IMG/VR virus record: IMGVR_UViG_3300011678_000001
Location: 64,001 to 128,000 of that record
Length of the DNA stretch: 64,000 bases
Source: a virus
Taxonomy: Duplodnaviria > Caudoviricetes
Strand: one strand, 5' to 3'
Shown here: one piece after another, positions 1 through 9,222 of the stretch
Numbering within the stretch: the stretch's first letter is position 1
Layout of the letters: every line of letters starts with the position of its first letter
The notes under the pieces: generated by a model
Told to the model about the DNA's origin: nothing
Seen by the model: the letters and a program-made list of their open reading frames with translations, nothing else
The model's database searches: none
Translations under genes and position numbers: made by a program

Positions 1-986
1 AGTTCCAGTTCACGAGCCAGACCCTGCGGGCCCTTGATGAAGGCAGCGCGCGGCAGAGTTTCGACGTCGAAGCGAAGAACGTCGGCGTCGCCCTGACGGA
101 CGTACAGGCTCTTCAGGCCAACAGCGCGATCGAGTGCGTCAGTCTGGTTGGCTTGACCGGCGATCTTGACCAGAGTGTTCTGAGCCAGACCAACGAGGTT
201 GACACGCTTGCCAACTTGCAGCGGAGCAGTGGTAACCTGGCGGTTGCCGAGGTCAACAGTGCGCGGAGCAACGACAGCTTCAGCAACGAAGAGGTCCTTG
301 TTGCCACTGTGAACTTCAGGAACCAGAGCGGTCGACTGGTCAGCCAGGATCTGGTAGTTGATCGCAGCTTCGAGCAGACGGCGCTGTTTGAAGTCAGCGT
401 GGTCGCCACGGGTGTTGTGCAGGAAGTGGTTCAGAACCAGGTGGCTACGGATGGTGACGTCGGCACCGCCCTGCTCCGGGGTCAGAATCACAGTGCGGTA
501 GAACGCTTCAGCGAACTCGCCCTGCTTGGCAGCTTTCTGGTTGTACACCATCGACAGGCCGATGAAGTCAGTCAGGTTGCTGTTGTCGAAAGCTTCCATC
601 GAAGGAGCAGCTTTCTCTTGGAAGTCGAAGTCGCTCAGCGATTCAACGGATACAACGGTACCAACAGCCGGGTTGGACATGTTGGACTGGCCCAGAGCGC
701 GGCGAGCGTAAGCAGCCGGATCAGCGGAAGCCATTGCAACAACGCCCATGGCGTCTTTCTGAGCCGAGCTCAGGTTGCCCATGCCTTCGATGTTGTTCTC
801 GATACCGATGACGGCCGATTCCATCGAAGCGACCATGTTTTCGCGTTCCAGAGAGGACAGCGATTCCATGGATGCCACGCCAGCTACGCCAACGATGGCG
901 CCTTGGCTGAAACGATCTTGAAGCATGCTTGCTTGTTCAGCCAGAATCTGCTGGCTGGTAGGAGCCTTTTTACCGATGATACTCAT
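1..986 (-). CDS. Major capsid protein precursor, phiKZ gp120-like (5' part; runs off left edge)
   Basis: Manual translation from ATG at 986 (GGAG RBS): MSIIGKKAPTSQQILAEQ...AAPSME/AFDNSNLTDFIGLSMVYNQKAAKQGEFAEAFYRTVILTPEQGG. The EFAEAFYRTVILTPEQGG segment and the S-x-E-rich propeptide are typical of phiKZ-like capsids. Strong codon bias; lies near the DnaB gene as in phiKZ. Confidence 0.9.
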   Translation of the reverse strand, partial: MSIIGKKAPTSQQILAEQASMLQDRFSQGAIVGVAGVASMESLSSLERENMVASMESAVIGIENNIEGMGNLSSAQKDAMGVVAMASADPAAYARRALGQSNMSNPAVGTVVSVESLSDFDFQEKAAPSMEAFDNSNLTDFIGLSMVYNQKAAKQGEFAEAFYRTVILTPEQGGADVTIRSHLVLNHFLHNTRGDHADFKQRRLLEAAINYQILADQSTALVPEVHSGNKDLFVAEAVVAPRTVDLGNRQVTTAPLQVGKRVNLVGLAQNTLVKIAGQANQTDALDRAVGLKSLYVRQGDADVLRFDVETLPRAAFIKGPQGLARELE

Positions 987-1136
987 TTACTGTTTCTCCG
1001 CGGGGATTTGCTGCGCGCGCAGCGGTTTAACTGCGTAGTGCTGAGATCTCATTACCGTCCTTCAGCACTTTCGCAAGTCTTTCATACCATTGCAGAAAAC
1101 AACTGCAATGTCACTCAATAAAATACTGGGTAAAAC

Positions 1137-1682
1137 TCAGTAGAAATTCGTGTTTATTTGAATTTCGTTTACATACCGTTTGAAGGCATTGAGTTTTGCC
1201 ACTTGTTCCAAGGGCACTCGACCGTGCATGACACGGACAATTTTCTGAGCGAGTGTTGCAGTATCGCTCTTCAAACTATCTGCAGCTTGTGGGGTTGGAA
1301 TCAGCCGAATGGCCAGGACTTCAGTGTCCGTCAACTCGACCGCTACCGACAACCCTTGGTTGATCATCCGTTCGGATGCTGCTCCATAGATAAGGGTGTC
1401 AACAGACGGGTTACCAGCCAATGCACGCTCTTCCAGAGTGGGTACTGGAACCGCCTGCCAGAAGTTCGAAACGATCTCACGGGCCTCATTGGCGTTCTCG
1501 CCGAGGACCTTACCCACGATCTCATCCGTCCGGAAATTGGCGATCTTGTAAATCAAAAGATCTCTGGGCGATAGTATGCCAGATAACTTTTCATAGTTAG
1601 CAAGATCATCGTTCGTGATACCCAGCTCCTTCACAATGAGGTTGAGCCATGCGGGTACAATGATCAGTTTGATGTTGCTCAT
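1137..1682 (-). CDS. Conserved phiKZ-like protein between capsid and helicase (gp119 position)
   Basis: ORF track 1137..1721; likely start MSNIK at 1682 after a GAGGG RBS; synteny. Confidence 0.65.
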   Translation of the reverse strand: MSNIKLIIVPAWLNLIVKELGITNDDLANYEKLSGILSPRDLLIYKIANFRTDEIVGKVLGENANEAREIVSNFWQAVPVPTLEERALAGNPSVDTLIYGAASERMINQGLSVAVELTDTEVLAIRLIPTPQAADSLKSDTATLAQKIVRVMHGRVPLEQVAKLNAFKRYVNEIQINTNFY

Positions 1683-1723
1683 CGGATTAACACCCTCTTT
1701 TAGAGCAGGTTTGGGACACAAGA

Positions 1724-3286
1724 ATGGACATCAAGTTATTTCTCGTAAAGTCCGTCTCGCTTTTGTATCTCGAAAGCCAGATCGAAGGCTACAAGTCAGG
1801 TAATGCCTCCCTGATTCGTGAGCTTCTAGCCGATATCAAGATGCCGGAAAATATCGGCGAGCTTGGCGACGGGCGTAACACCCTGTCGAACTTACGCACC
1901 ACTGTGCTGTGGATGCTGAATGACGGTGATTCACAAAGATATGAACCCGATTCGCTTCTGCAACGCTTAAGGCTCAACACACAGAACGACGACAACACCT
2001 ATAAAGCCTTTGAGAAAACCATCCGTCGCTACCCCGATGAATCGGTGATTCGTAAGAACATCAATGACATATCGCGGGAGATGCGGCGGTACAAGAACCA
2101 CGAGAAGCTGCAGGACATCATCAAGAAGGCCTCCTACGCCATCAACTTCAAAGAAGCTGAGATCGAGGACTGGGATACCTTTATTCTGCAGACCGCTCAG
2201 GATCTTCTGTCAGTGGACATGGAGACGGAAGAGCGTACAGACCCGGCCTTTATCACCAGTGTGAACTTCAACGACCCTGAGTCTGTCAAGGCCGCGTTTG
2301 AGGACATGCACAAGTCGCTCAGTACCGACGGGATCATCAAGTTCCCCTTCAAGGGCCTGAATCGCATGATGGGCGTCCAAGGCGGTGGGCGTCGGGGTGA
2401 GTTCGGTTTGGTGAATGCCTTGCCGCACAACAACAAGTCAGGCACACTGCTGGATCTGTTCATTGGCACTTGCATCTTTAACGACCCGTTCCTGTTCAAC
2501 AAGGACAAGAAACCGTTGGCGCTGTTCTACAGTACCGAAGATGACGTGCCTGTAATCATCCAGAAGATCTATGTGGTCCTGAAGCAGTTGGAACTGGGTA
2601 TTGCGGTGTCGGTTAAAGGCATTGACATTGTCGAAGCCTCGACGTACGTGATGGAGAAGTTGCAAGCTCGCGGCTGGTATGTGGAACTGCACCGGATCAA
2701 AGGCTCGGCGTTTACCTACGCTAAGTACATCAAACACCTGGAGCAATACAAAGCCAAGGGGTTCGAAGTCTGCGCCTCCTACATCGACTACCTGGCGATG
2801 TACAGCAAAGACGGTTGTATCCAAGGTTCTACCGGGGATGATTTGCAAGACCTGTACAAACGGGTCCGTGAATACACCTCGGCGGAGAAGATCCTGCAAG
2901 TGACAGCACATCAACTCTCGACCCAAGCCAAGGAAGAGAAGCGGATGAACCCGACCAAGTTCATCAGGGACATGCCAGGCGGCGGCTACTACCAAGGTTG
3001 CAAGAAGTTGGACACCGAAGTGGACTGGGAGTTCTACGTCAACAAGCAGACGATCAACGATGGCGCGTATCTGGAGTACCTGTGGGGTAAACACCGCGGC
3101 GTAGTGGAACCGACTCCAGAAGCCCACAAGTACTTTGTGATGAAGTTTCTTGAACACCCTCAATACGGTTTGCCGTATGACTTCCATCTGGATGAGGATT
3201 TGAGCTACAAGATCATCGGTGGCCGGCCTAGCTCGCAAGGCGGAGGAGCGGCCTGGAATGACATCGATGAGATGAACGCGGCGTAA
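1724..3286 (+). CDS. dnaB: DnaB-like replicative helicase (phiKZ gp118-like)
   Basis: GGRRGEF..VNALPHNNKSG (phage-type degenerate Walker A), YIDYLA (Walker B), VTAHQLS, GKHRG. Confidence 0.85.
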   Translation: MDIKLFLVKSVSLLYLESQIEGYKSGNASLIRELLADIKMPENIGELGDGRNTLSNLRTTVLWMLNDGDSQRYEPDSLLQRLRLNTQNDDNTYKAFEKTIRRYPDESVIRKNINDISREMRRYKNHEKLQDIIKKASYAINFKEAEIEDWDTFILQTAQDLLSVDMETEERTDPAFITSVNFNDPESVKAAFEDMHKSLSTDGIIKFPFKGLNRMMGVQGGGRRGEFGLVNALPHNNKSGTLLDLFIGTCIFNDPFLFNKDKKPLALFYSTEDDVPVIIQKIYVVLKQLELGIAVSVKGIDIVEASTYVMEKLQARGWYVELHRIKGSAFTYAKYIKHLEQYKAKGFEVCASYIDYLAMYSKDGCIQGSTGDDLQDLYKRVREYTSAEKILQVTAHQLSTQAKEEKRMNPTKFIRDMPGGGYYQGCKKLDTEVDWEFYVNKQTINDGAYLEYLWGKHRGVVEPTPEAHKYFVMKFLEHPQYGLPYDFHLDEDLSYKIIGGRPSSQGGGAAWNDIDEMNAA

Positions 3287-3289
3287 CGA

Positions 3290-3321
3290 CATAGAGAGCA
3301 GCCTGATGGCTGCTCTCTATG
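3290..3321. terminator. Bidirectional hairpin between convergent genes
   Basis: catagagagcagcc-tgat-ggctgctctctatg perfect inverted repeat. Confidence 0.8.
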
Positions 3322-3324
3322 CTG

Positions 3325-3954
3325 TCAGCTCGGGGTGGCTGTCTGGTTTTCTACTAGGGCTTCGATGATAGCCTCCTGCTCGCCATTAATCAGCCTCAGG
3401 CGTGCGATCTCTTCACTCAGGCGGATGATGGTAGCCGTATCAGTTTCGTTCGTTGTTACACTCGCCTGACGGCTTGCAGTGAGCTGAACGTGTTGCGCTT
3501 CAGAGACATGTGTGCTGGTGGCAGCCCGTGTCAGGAAGATGGTGGGTTCGACACCGATCTTAGCCTTGACCGATTCCTTGATTGCCTGTTCGACATCATC
3601 AAGGTCACGGTAATCTGGCCACAGTCCAAGCGACACACCCGCGATCAAACGGCTGTAGGGCACGCTACCCATGTTAGGGTATTGGTCGATGAATGTGTCA
3701 GGGACATAGAGTAGATTGCCCAAGTTGTCTCGCAAACAGATGACCAGTGCTTTCTCCAGCTGGTCTTCGGCGTAGACGGTGGTACCTAAGCCCACAGGCT
3801 CATAAACCAGTTTCAGCGGGTCTTGCCCACGGGCGATCATTTCGCCAAAGGTACGCTGTGCAACAACGGTGTAGCTTTTAGTAGGGTCTGCAACAAAGGG
3901 TGCGCGAAGCAGGAAAGCGCCCGAGATACCCATCGGAGGTGTTTGGCGAGCCAT
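3325..3954 (-). CDS. Conserved jumbo-phage hypothetical protein
   Basis: 209 aa ORF with GAGG RBS and C-terminal coiled coil. Confidence 0.7.
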   Translation of the reverse strand: MARQTPPMGISGAFLLRAPFVADPTKSYTVVAQRTFGEMIARGQDPLKLVYEPVGLGTTVYAEDQLEKALVICLRDNLGNLLYVPDTFIDQYPNMGSVPYSRLIAGVSLGLWPDYRDLDDVEQAIKESVKAKIGVEPTIFLTRAATSTHVSEAQHVQLTASRQASVTTNETDTATIIRLSEEIARLRLINGEQEAIIEALVENQTATPS

Positions 3955-4029
3955 AGTGTCCTCGAACCAAAAAAGAAAGAAGAGATTTCGTCACAGGATA
4001 CCTTGAAACAAAAAAAGAAATAAGGTCAA

Positions 4030-4056
4030 TCGAGTGGGACCCGAAGGTCCCACTCG
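4030..4056 (-). terminator. Intrinsic terminator of the small early operon
   Basis: cgagtgggacc-cgaa-ggtcccactcg (UUCG loop on the minus strand), with a T-rich tract shortly downstream on the minus strand. Confidence 0.75.
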
Positions 4057-4064
4057 TCGATGAC

Positions 4065-4181
4065 TTAGACGCGGTTGCGGCGCAGGAAGCTGATATGGGC
4101 ATCCATATCTGCCATGGATTTGCGATGACCAAGGTAAGCCAGTGCACCACCGATTGCTGCGTAGACGAGAAACTTGTTCAT
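4065..4181 (-). CDS. Small membrane-anchored peptide, 38 aa (not in ORF track)
   Basis: AAGGA RBS, then MNKFLVYAAIGGALAYLGHRKSMADMDAHISFLRRNRV*; terminator immediately after. Confidence 0.7.
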   Translation of the reverse strand: MNKFLVYAAIGGALAYLGHRKSMADMDAHISFLRRNRV

Positions 4182-4224
4182 GTGAATTCCTTTATTTCAA
4201 ATAGGGGAGGGGGCTGCTTCAGGA

Positions 4225-4332
4225 TTAGAAGAACCCTGATTCGCGCATCAGTTCGTTGACCTTTGCCGTGCGGGCGCTGGTGGTCAGGATGCTGACAACG
4301 AGAACGCCAGTGATAAATCCGAGTGTACGCAT
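4225..4332 (-). CDS. Small hydrophobic peptide, 35 aa (not in ORF track)
   Basis: TAAGGAG RBS, then MRTLGFITGVLVVSILTTSARTAKVNELMRESGFF*; first gene after a TACAT motif. Confidence 0.75.
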   Translation of the reverse strand: MRTLGFITGVLVVSILTTSARTAKVNELMRESGFF

Positions 4333-4380
4333 GATAGTCTCCTTAAGACTGGGATAGTCAGGAAGATCGTTCTTCCTATT

Positions 4381-4420
4381 CACTGTTACTATGTATGGTT
4401 GAAATAATCTTCAATCGAAA
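4381..4420 (-). promoter_or_regulatory. Putative phage early promoter (TACAT-n7-GTGA motif)
   Basis: Minus strand gattgaagattatttcaaccaTACATAGTaacaGTGA; the same motif recurs at 11419, 32297 and 36326, always on the minus strand. Confidence 0.6.
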
Positions 4421-4454
4421 AATAAAGGAGGGCCGAAGCCCTCCGTTTATGCTG

Positions 4455-5237
4455 TCACAGTGACATCCCCACGACCTTACCTTCAGGCCCGTAGCAGATG
4501 GAGTTTTCACACTTACCGCCAATCTGCACCACAATAGACGGTTCCACAATTGGCAGGTAGTGGTTCAGGTCCTTACGTTCGACGGGAGTACGGTTGACGG
4601 TGCATTCCCCATCGGGTGTACACATCGCTTGCGTCACCACCACTTTGGGCCCGGTTGCAAACCCCATATCCAGTTTGAACTGGTGAGCACCTCCTTCATA
4701 CACCTTATCGAAGAGGGCGTCGTGTTTGTCCTGATCGATCCCATACTGCTTGTAGAAGGCCCAGACCAGCAATCCGGCTTCCGTGTAGCTGACACCTTCT
4801 GCTCCATTGAGTGGACCTACATCCATGCGGTAAGCCACCGGACGATTGTCGGTACTTCTTCCTAAGTAATAACCCAACGACACCACGAACTTACCAGACG
4901 TTGTCCAGCTGCCGTAATAGTGACCGTTAAGGTTACAGCTGCCCATGACGCAGGTGCCTTCAAAGTGGTTGGAGAAGTCGACCTGTTTCTGCTTGATCTT
5001 GTCATAACGCGACATGTGTCGCGCCTGCGGATGCCATACACACCGAACCGTAGCAATGCCGCCCTTAGCCTCTGTGCAAGGGATGGCATAGGGCATGACA
5101 TCGAAGTTGCTTTCGTCCGGGAAATCAGCTCCTGAAGCCTTGTAGGGGTCTTCGCCCACTAAGGCTGCGTGACTGTCTGTCAGCAGGGTGATACCTAGCA
5201 GGAAGATCAGTAGAAAAGTCATGTTGCGGATCATCAC
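4455..5237 (-). CDS. Secreted or periplasmic Cys-rich protein
   Basis: AAGGAG RBS then GTG ATG; signal peptide MIRNMTFLLIFLLGITLLTDSHA; paired Cys motifs; terminator at 4427-4444. Confidence 0.7.
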   Translation of the reverse strand: MMIRNMTFLLIFLLGITLLTDSHAALVGEDPYKASGADFPDESNFDVMPYAIPCTEAKGGIATVRCVWHPQARHMSRYDKIKQKQVDFSNHFEGTCVMGSCNLNGHYYGSWTTSGKFVVSLGYYLGRSTDNRPVAYRMDVGPLNGAEGVSYTEAGLLVWAFYKQYGIDQDKHDALFDKVYEGGAHQFKLDMGFATGPKVVVTQAMCTPDGECTVNRTPVERKDLNHYLPIVEPSIVVQIGGKCENSICYGPEGKVVGMSL

Positions 5238-5328
5238 GATAACTCCTTGTTTATCGGGGGAGGGGAATGGTAGTCGTAAGCTACGCCAACGAATACTATG
5301 AGATACTTGTCCAAATCCGAGGGACACC

Positions 5329-6078
5329 ATGATTCAACTTATAACGTTAATGAACGGCATCAACCGGTATTTGGGTGAGGTGAAAGCTCGACTCAACACG
5401 ATCATGGACCGTTCCACGCACACCGGCGTACAACCCATCAGCAGCATCACCGATCTTGAGAACCGCTTGACGGGGCTCAAGGATCGTGCAGTCCATACAG
5501 GTGTTCAGCCGATCAGCAGCATCACGGGCTTGGAAGCAAAGCTCAATGCGGTCAACGACCTCAGTACACACACGGGTGATCTGCCCATGTCGCGGATTAC
5601 GGGCCTGGTTGAAGAACTTAAAGTTCACGGTCACGTCTTCTCACTGTCGGCTAACCAAATCATTCCGCAAGGGGTACTCAGTAAAGTCAACTTTAACACG
5701 GACTATGCCAATCCCAGTCACTGGCTTAACATCACAAACAGTCGAATCACAGTTGATCGGGCAGGGCTGTACGAAGTAGCAGTGACCATCAACTACGCTT
5801 TGAACTTCGTTTCCGGCGGTGCCAAGGCGAACATCCATGCATATGCCGCTCACATTCGGCGCAATGGGACTGAAATCCTGAAGAAGGGATTTGCCAGTGG
5901 CTATTTCGACACCCACAACACAGTGATCATCAGCTACGTGGCGTTGCTTAACGGCACCACAGACTTTCTGGAGCTGTTTACCCAGGTGGATGCACCCGAT
6001 GCCAACACAGTTACTTTGTTGTCCAGTCGGTATGAGACCACCTTCTCCATTCGCCGTCTCGGGGATTACACACCATGA
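5329..6078 (+). CDS. Short fibre protein with HTGxQPISSITGL repeats and a C1q/TNF-like beta head
   Basis: Three HTG..P.S.ITxL repeats; RITVDRAGLYEVAVTI...FLELF is a C1q-like pattern; TATG upstream at 5297. Confidence 0.65.
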   Translation: MIQLITLMNGINRYLGEVKARLNTIMDRSTHTGVQPISSITDLENRLTGLKDRAVHTGVQPISSITGLEAKLNAVNDLSTHTGDLPMSRITGLVEELKVHGHVFSLSANQIIPQGVLSKVNFNTDYANPSHWLNITNSRITVDRAGLYEVAVTINYALNFVSGGAKANIHAYAAHIRRNGTEILKKGFASGYFDTHNTVIISYVALLNGTTDFLELFTQVDAPDANTVTLLSSRYETTFSIRRLGDYTP

Positions 6079-6590
6079 CCGCCAGTGTAAAAGTGTCACC
6101 GTACTATAACCTGCTGGTGATTGCACAATCGGCTGGGGTCACAGACTTCAGCACCCTGCTGTATGACAATGGAACGCTGTATATCGAAGGCATCGAACAA
6201 AGTGCGTTAGATGCAGCCATGGTCAGTTACTCGCAAGAGAGCTACGTCAAAGAACTTCAGATGGCTGACATCGCCGCTACTCGTTTCGAACATGAGACGG
6301 GAGGCATTGTCGTCAATGGACTACGAATCAACACCAGTCGCGACAGCCAAGGCTTGATTTTGGGCGCTACGGTGCAGGTGATCATCGACCCAACGTACAC
6401 GTTGCGCTGGAAGACACCGCTGGGCTGGGTGCAGTTTGAAGGCGACCAAGTTACCATGATCGCCTCTATTGTTCGGCAACATGTGCAAGATTGCTTTGAT
6501 CGCGAAGAAACATTAGTTGATGCGGTAAATGATGGAACATTCGAAGAAAGTATGCTCGAACAGGGCTGGCCTGATCCGGTTAAGTCCTAG
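6075..6590 (+). CDS. DUF4376-like tail-fibre-associated protein
   Basis: RFEHETGGIVVNGLRINTSRDSQ...WKT..GWV...HVQDCFDRE pattern; ATGA-coupled to the fibre gene. Confidence 0.7.
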   Translation: MTASVKVSPYYNLLVIAQSAGVTDFSTLLYDNGTLYIEGIEQSALDAAMVSYSQESYVKELQMADIAATRFEHETGGIVVNGLRINTSRDSQGLILGATVQVIIDPTYTLRWKTPLGWVQFEGDQVTMIASIVRQHVQDCFDREETLVDAVNDGTFEESMLEQGWPDPVKS

Positions 6591-6644
6591 TAAAGAAAGA
6601 ATATCAACATAGTGGGAGGGCTCCGGCCCTCCCACGTATGCCGC

Positions 6645-7058
6645 TTAGCTGGAAGTGCTGACACCCAGCTTACTGAAGACCTCGAAACACGCTGCGGTCA
6701 TCTCTTCGGTCAAGCTGACCCGAGTCGCAAACTCAGGTAACTCGCCGCTGTGAGCCTTCCAGAACCCAGGCCCCGGTAGGCCACGGTCTTTACCGGATTT
6801 ACGCACCACCAGTACGGTGAGGTGAGGCAATCCGTTTGCTTTGCAGAAGTCGAAGACGTCGTACAGAACCGGCGACAGTGCACTGCCTAAAGCACTACCT
6901 CGTGACGGGAGACCCAGCATGATTGCCAGGGTTTCGTAATTGACCGTCTGTCGTTGTATTGCCATCAGTTGCAGGGTATTGAGACAGTAGAGGGCTCTGA
7001 TCTGACGATCGCTCATACCGTTAGTGACGACTGCTTCTTTACAGATGTTAGCTTCCAT
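6645..7058 (-). CDS. Small HTH-like protein
   Basis: AGGAG RBS before MEANIC; TVNYETLA..LG...CKANGLPHLTVLVVRK..LPGPGFW. Confidence 0.6.
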   Translation of the reverse strand: MEANICKEAVVTNGMSDRQIRALYCLNTLQLMAIQRQTVNYETLAIMLGLPSRGSALGSALSPVLYDVFDFCKANGLPHLTVLVVRKSGKDRGLPGPGFWKAHSGELPEFATRVSLTEEMTAACFEVFSKLGVSTSS

Positions 7059-7117
7059 GGGAAGTCTCCTGGCTACGTTGGTAGCCTCAGTAGGGTGGGT
7101 TACAGCAGGTGTTACAG

Positions 7118-7702
7118 TTAAACTGCCTTGTCGTGGGACACGGCAGGAGGACAAGCTTTGGCCAGTAACTGGTTAAGCTTGATATTGAGGAACGGGTAGA
7201 ACACCGATTGCGATTCAACCGTATTCAGCCGCACCGCAATAGCGAGTGCGAGGTAATCGTCATCACCCGGACAGTGTTGACGAAACAACCGCACATAGAG
7301 GTTCAGCACGATTGTGCAAAGGTTAATGGCGTGAGTGTGTAGGTCGCGCTGCGTCAGGCAGCCAGCCCGTTCTCCAAGCTGGTAGAGGGCGTTGCTCTCG
7401 ATGACCAGCAAGTGTAGGTCCATCTCATCGGCGGTTCCATGTGCCATAAATACTGCTTCAGCGGTTTGCCTGCACAGGCTGAGGATTGCCAACATGTCAA
7501 TGATACCGTCCAACAGCAACGGGGTCATGGATTCATGTCCGTCTCGCTCAGCACGCATCACGGCAAGTGCGCTGTATTTTTGTTTTAGCAAGAGCTCCTG
7601 TATCCGCTCTTCGCTAGATTTATGGGCATAATCGTCGCTTCGATAGAACCTGTCGTGCAGTTCCACCCGATATTGCAGTCGGGCGATTGACAGGGTGTCC
7701 AT
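7118..7702 (-). CDS. Hypothetical protein
   Basis: ORF with GGAGG RBS in a tight operon. Confidence 0.65.
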   Translation of the reverse strand: MDTLSIARLQYRVELHDRFYRSDDYAHKSSEERIQELLLKQKYSALAVMRAERDGHESMTPLLLDGIIDMLAILSLCRQTAEAVFMAHGTADEMDLHLLVIESNALYQLGERAGCLTQRDLHTHAINLCTIVLNLYVRLFRQHCPGDDDYLALAIAVRLNTVESQSVFYPFLNIKLNQLLAKACPPAVSHDKAV

Positions 7703-7710
7703 GATACCTC

Positions 7711-8004
7711 CTAATGTGAATGGATGAAGCGGTGAATCTGCTCCGTGTTATGCAGTGTCCCGATGAACACCACGGTGTAAAGAATCAGCAGCACGAGCAC
7801 ATGGATGACATGGCTCATGTACGGCGCAAAGAGATAGACTATCCCAACCGCCCCTAGGAAGAAGAGCGTTATGCATAGTCCTGCCGATGTCCCCGGTCGC
7901 TCATCCCTCGCCCACGGAAGGAGCAGGCAGAGGTTCAACAGGTAGAGGCTTACGCTGATTAGAATCAGCAAGGCGACCACCAGTCCCATGACCCAAACTT
8001 CCAT
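7711..8004 (-). CDS. Small membrane protein (3 TM)
   Basis: Hydrophobic helices; abuts neighbours. Confidence 0.6.
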   Translation of the reverse strand: MEVWVMGLVVALLILISVSLYLLNLCLLLPWARDERPGTSAGLCITLFFLGAVGIVYLFAPYMSHVIHVLVLLILYTVVFIGTLHNTEQIHRFIHSH

Positions 8005-8247
8005 TTACACCACTCCTATCCAAGTTAAGAACCGCGATACTACCAGGTACAGCAACCAGACCATGCACGCTGAGAACAGGGTCTGGAAGAGGATGTGCCA
8101 GACGTTCTGACGCAGGTGACGGCTCAGCGTAGTTGCCAGACATTGATCCACAAGAAACCGATAGGTCTCCCAGTGACGATACACCACTACAGCGAACGTG
8201 CTCATCAGGATAACGATCAGCGCAGTGAGTTCAGTGTCTATTCGCAT
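8005..8247 (-). CDS. Small membrane protein (2 TM)
   Basis: Two hydrophobic helices; abuts neighbours. Confidence 0.6.
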   Translation of the reverse strand: MRIDTELTALIVILMSTFAVVVYRHWETYRFLVDQCLATTLSRHLRQNVWHILFQTLFSACMVWLLYLVVSRFLTWIGVV

Positions 8248-8618
8248 TTCTTGGCTGCCCTCTCCCGGAAGAAGTCTTCCAGCTTGGTGGGGTGATGCAC
8301 TTCTGGCAGGCGCGCCTCATTGATCTGCTGCTGCCACTGATTCAAGAAGTCCCGGATGGGCGATTCGCCAGATTCCATGAACTCGACCGTGAACCCGGTG
8401 CCGGTTTGCACGTTACCCAGGTTGTCAGGTTGAGGCTGACCCAGTGCATGCAGCATCCGCTTTGCACGCATCCCAAGGCCATTGCTGAACGTCGGAGCGC
8501 ACATGCCACCGCCCTGAGGGGCGAGGATAGTGAGGTGGTTAAGCAGCTCGATCAACTCAGGTGCATGCTCGACCAGTTTAGTTTTGAGTTCTTCGGTGAC
8601 TTCAACTTGGTTGTCCAT
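8238..8618 (-). CDS. Hypothetical protein
   Basis: AAGGAG RBS; operon context. Confidence 0.65.
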   Translation of the reverse strand: MDNQVEVTEELKTKLVEHAPELIELLNHLTILAPQGGGMCAPTFSNGLGMRAKRMLHALGQPQPDNLGNVQTGTGFTVEFMESGESPIRDFLNQWQQQINEARLPEVHHPTKLEDFFRERAAKKCE

Positions 8619-8627
8619 GACAACTCC

Positions 8628-9008
8628 TTAGAAATGAGTCAGATCAAAGGTGACGATCTGAGGTTCTTGACCAATACCGCTCAGGGCCCGTACACCGAAC
8701 TGAAGACGCTCAGTGTCGCCCCTGTTCATCAACTGCTTGAGGATCTTGGACTTCGGTCCTAACGGCATGACAGTACCGTAGACATTGCCATCCGCTCCAC
8801 GAAACACCTCAGTGATCTTGGCGCAGACATTGGTTTTGTCGATGTGGCTGTAACGCGCCATGCGGCTCTGTGGGCCGGCAGTGTCTGGAACCTTAGGGTA
8901 GCCAAACTCCACCAGCATATCGCCGTTGTCAGCCTTGTCCTGGAGCTTCTTGAGGGCATCTTCTCCGATGCGGACGTCACCGGTACCCAAACGAAAGATC
9001 TTTTCCAT
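8628..9008 (-). CDS. Prohead-protease (T4 gp21/phiKZ gp175 fold) paralog lacking catalytic residues
   Basis: VEFGYP, IDKTNVCAKI, YGTVMPLGPK, FGVRA and IVTFD line up with the family motifs GExGHP, IDxxxVSHxI, GxxxPxGPxG, FSxRS and IVTWD. Confidence 0.55.
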   Translation of the reverse strand: MEKIFRLGTGDVRIGEDALKKLQDKADNGDMLVEFGYPKVPDTAGPQSRMARYSHIDKTNVCAKITEVFRGADGNVYGTVMPLGPKSKILKQLMNRGDTERLQFGVRALSGIGQEPQIVTFDLTHF

Positions 9009-9010
9009 GG

Positions 9011-9214
9011 TTAGTTCTGCCCTGGCCAGTACAGTGCATCCGCCCGACCTTTGAAGACATCAAAGGCCATCTTGACGCGTTTCGAAAACCGAGTGAACGT
9101 CAGCGGACGGGCTCTCACCCAAGCGGTTCGACCATTGTGCGGAATGGCCACGGTGGTGTCAGCTACCGTTTCGTCGAGGTCATACGCGATGACCGCAGCA
9201 GGATGACGTTTCAT
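9011..9214 (-). CDS. Conserved small phage protein
   Basis: AGGAG RBS before MKRHP; WVRARPL...AFDVFKGRADALYWP motif. Confidence 0.65.
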   Translation of the reverse strand: MKRHPAAVIAYDLDETVADTTVAIPHNGRTAWVRARPLTFTRFSKRVKMAFDVFKGRADALYWPGQN

Positions 9215-9222
9215 GATGACTC

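Noticed and set aside
153-1121. 322-aa plus-strand ORF
   Set aside because: Antisense shadow of the codon-biased capsid gene on the minus strand.
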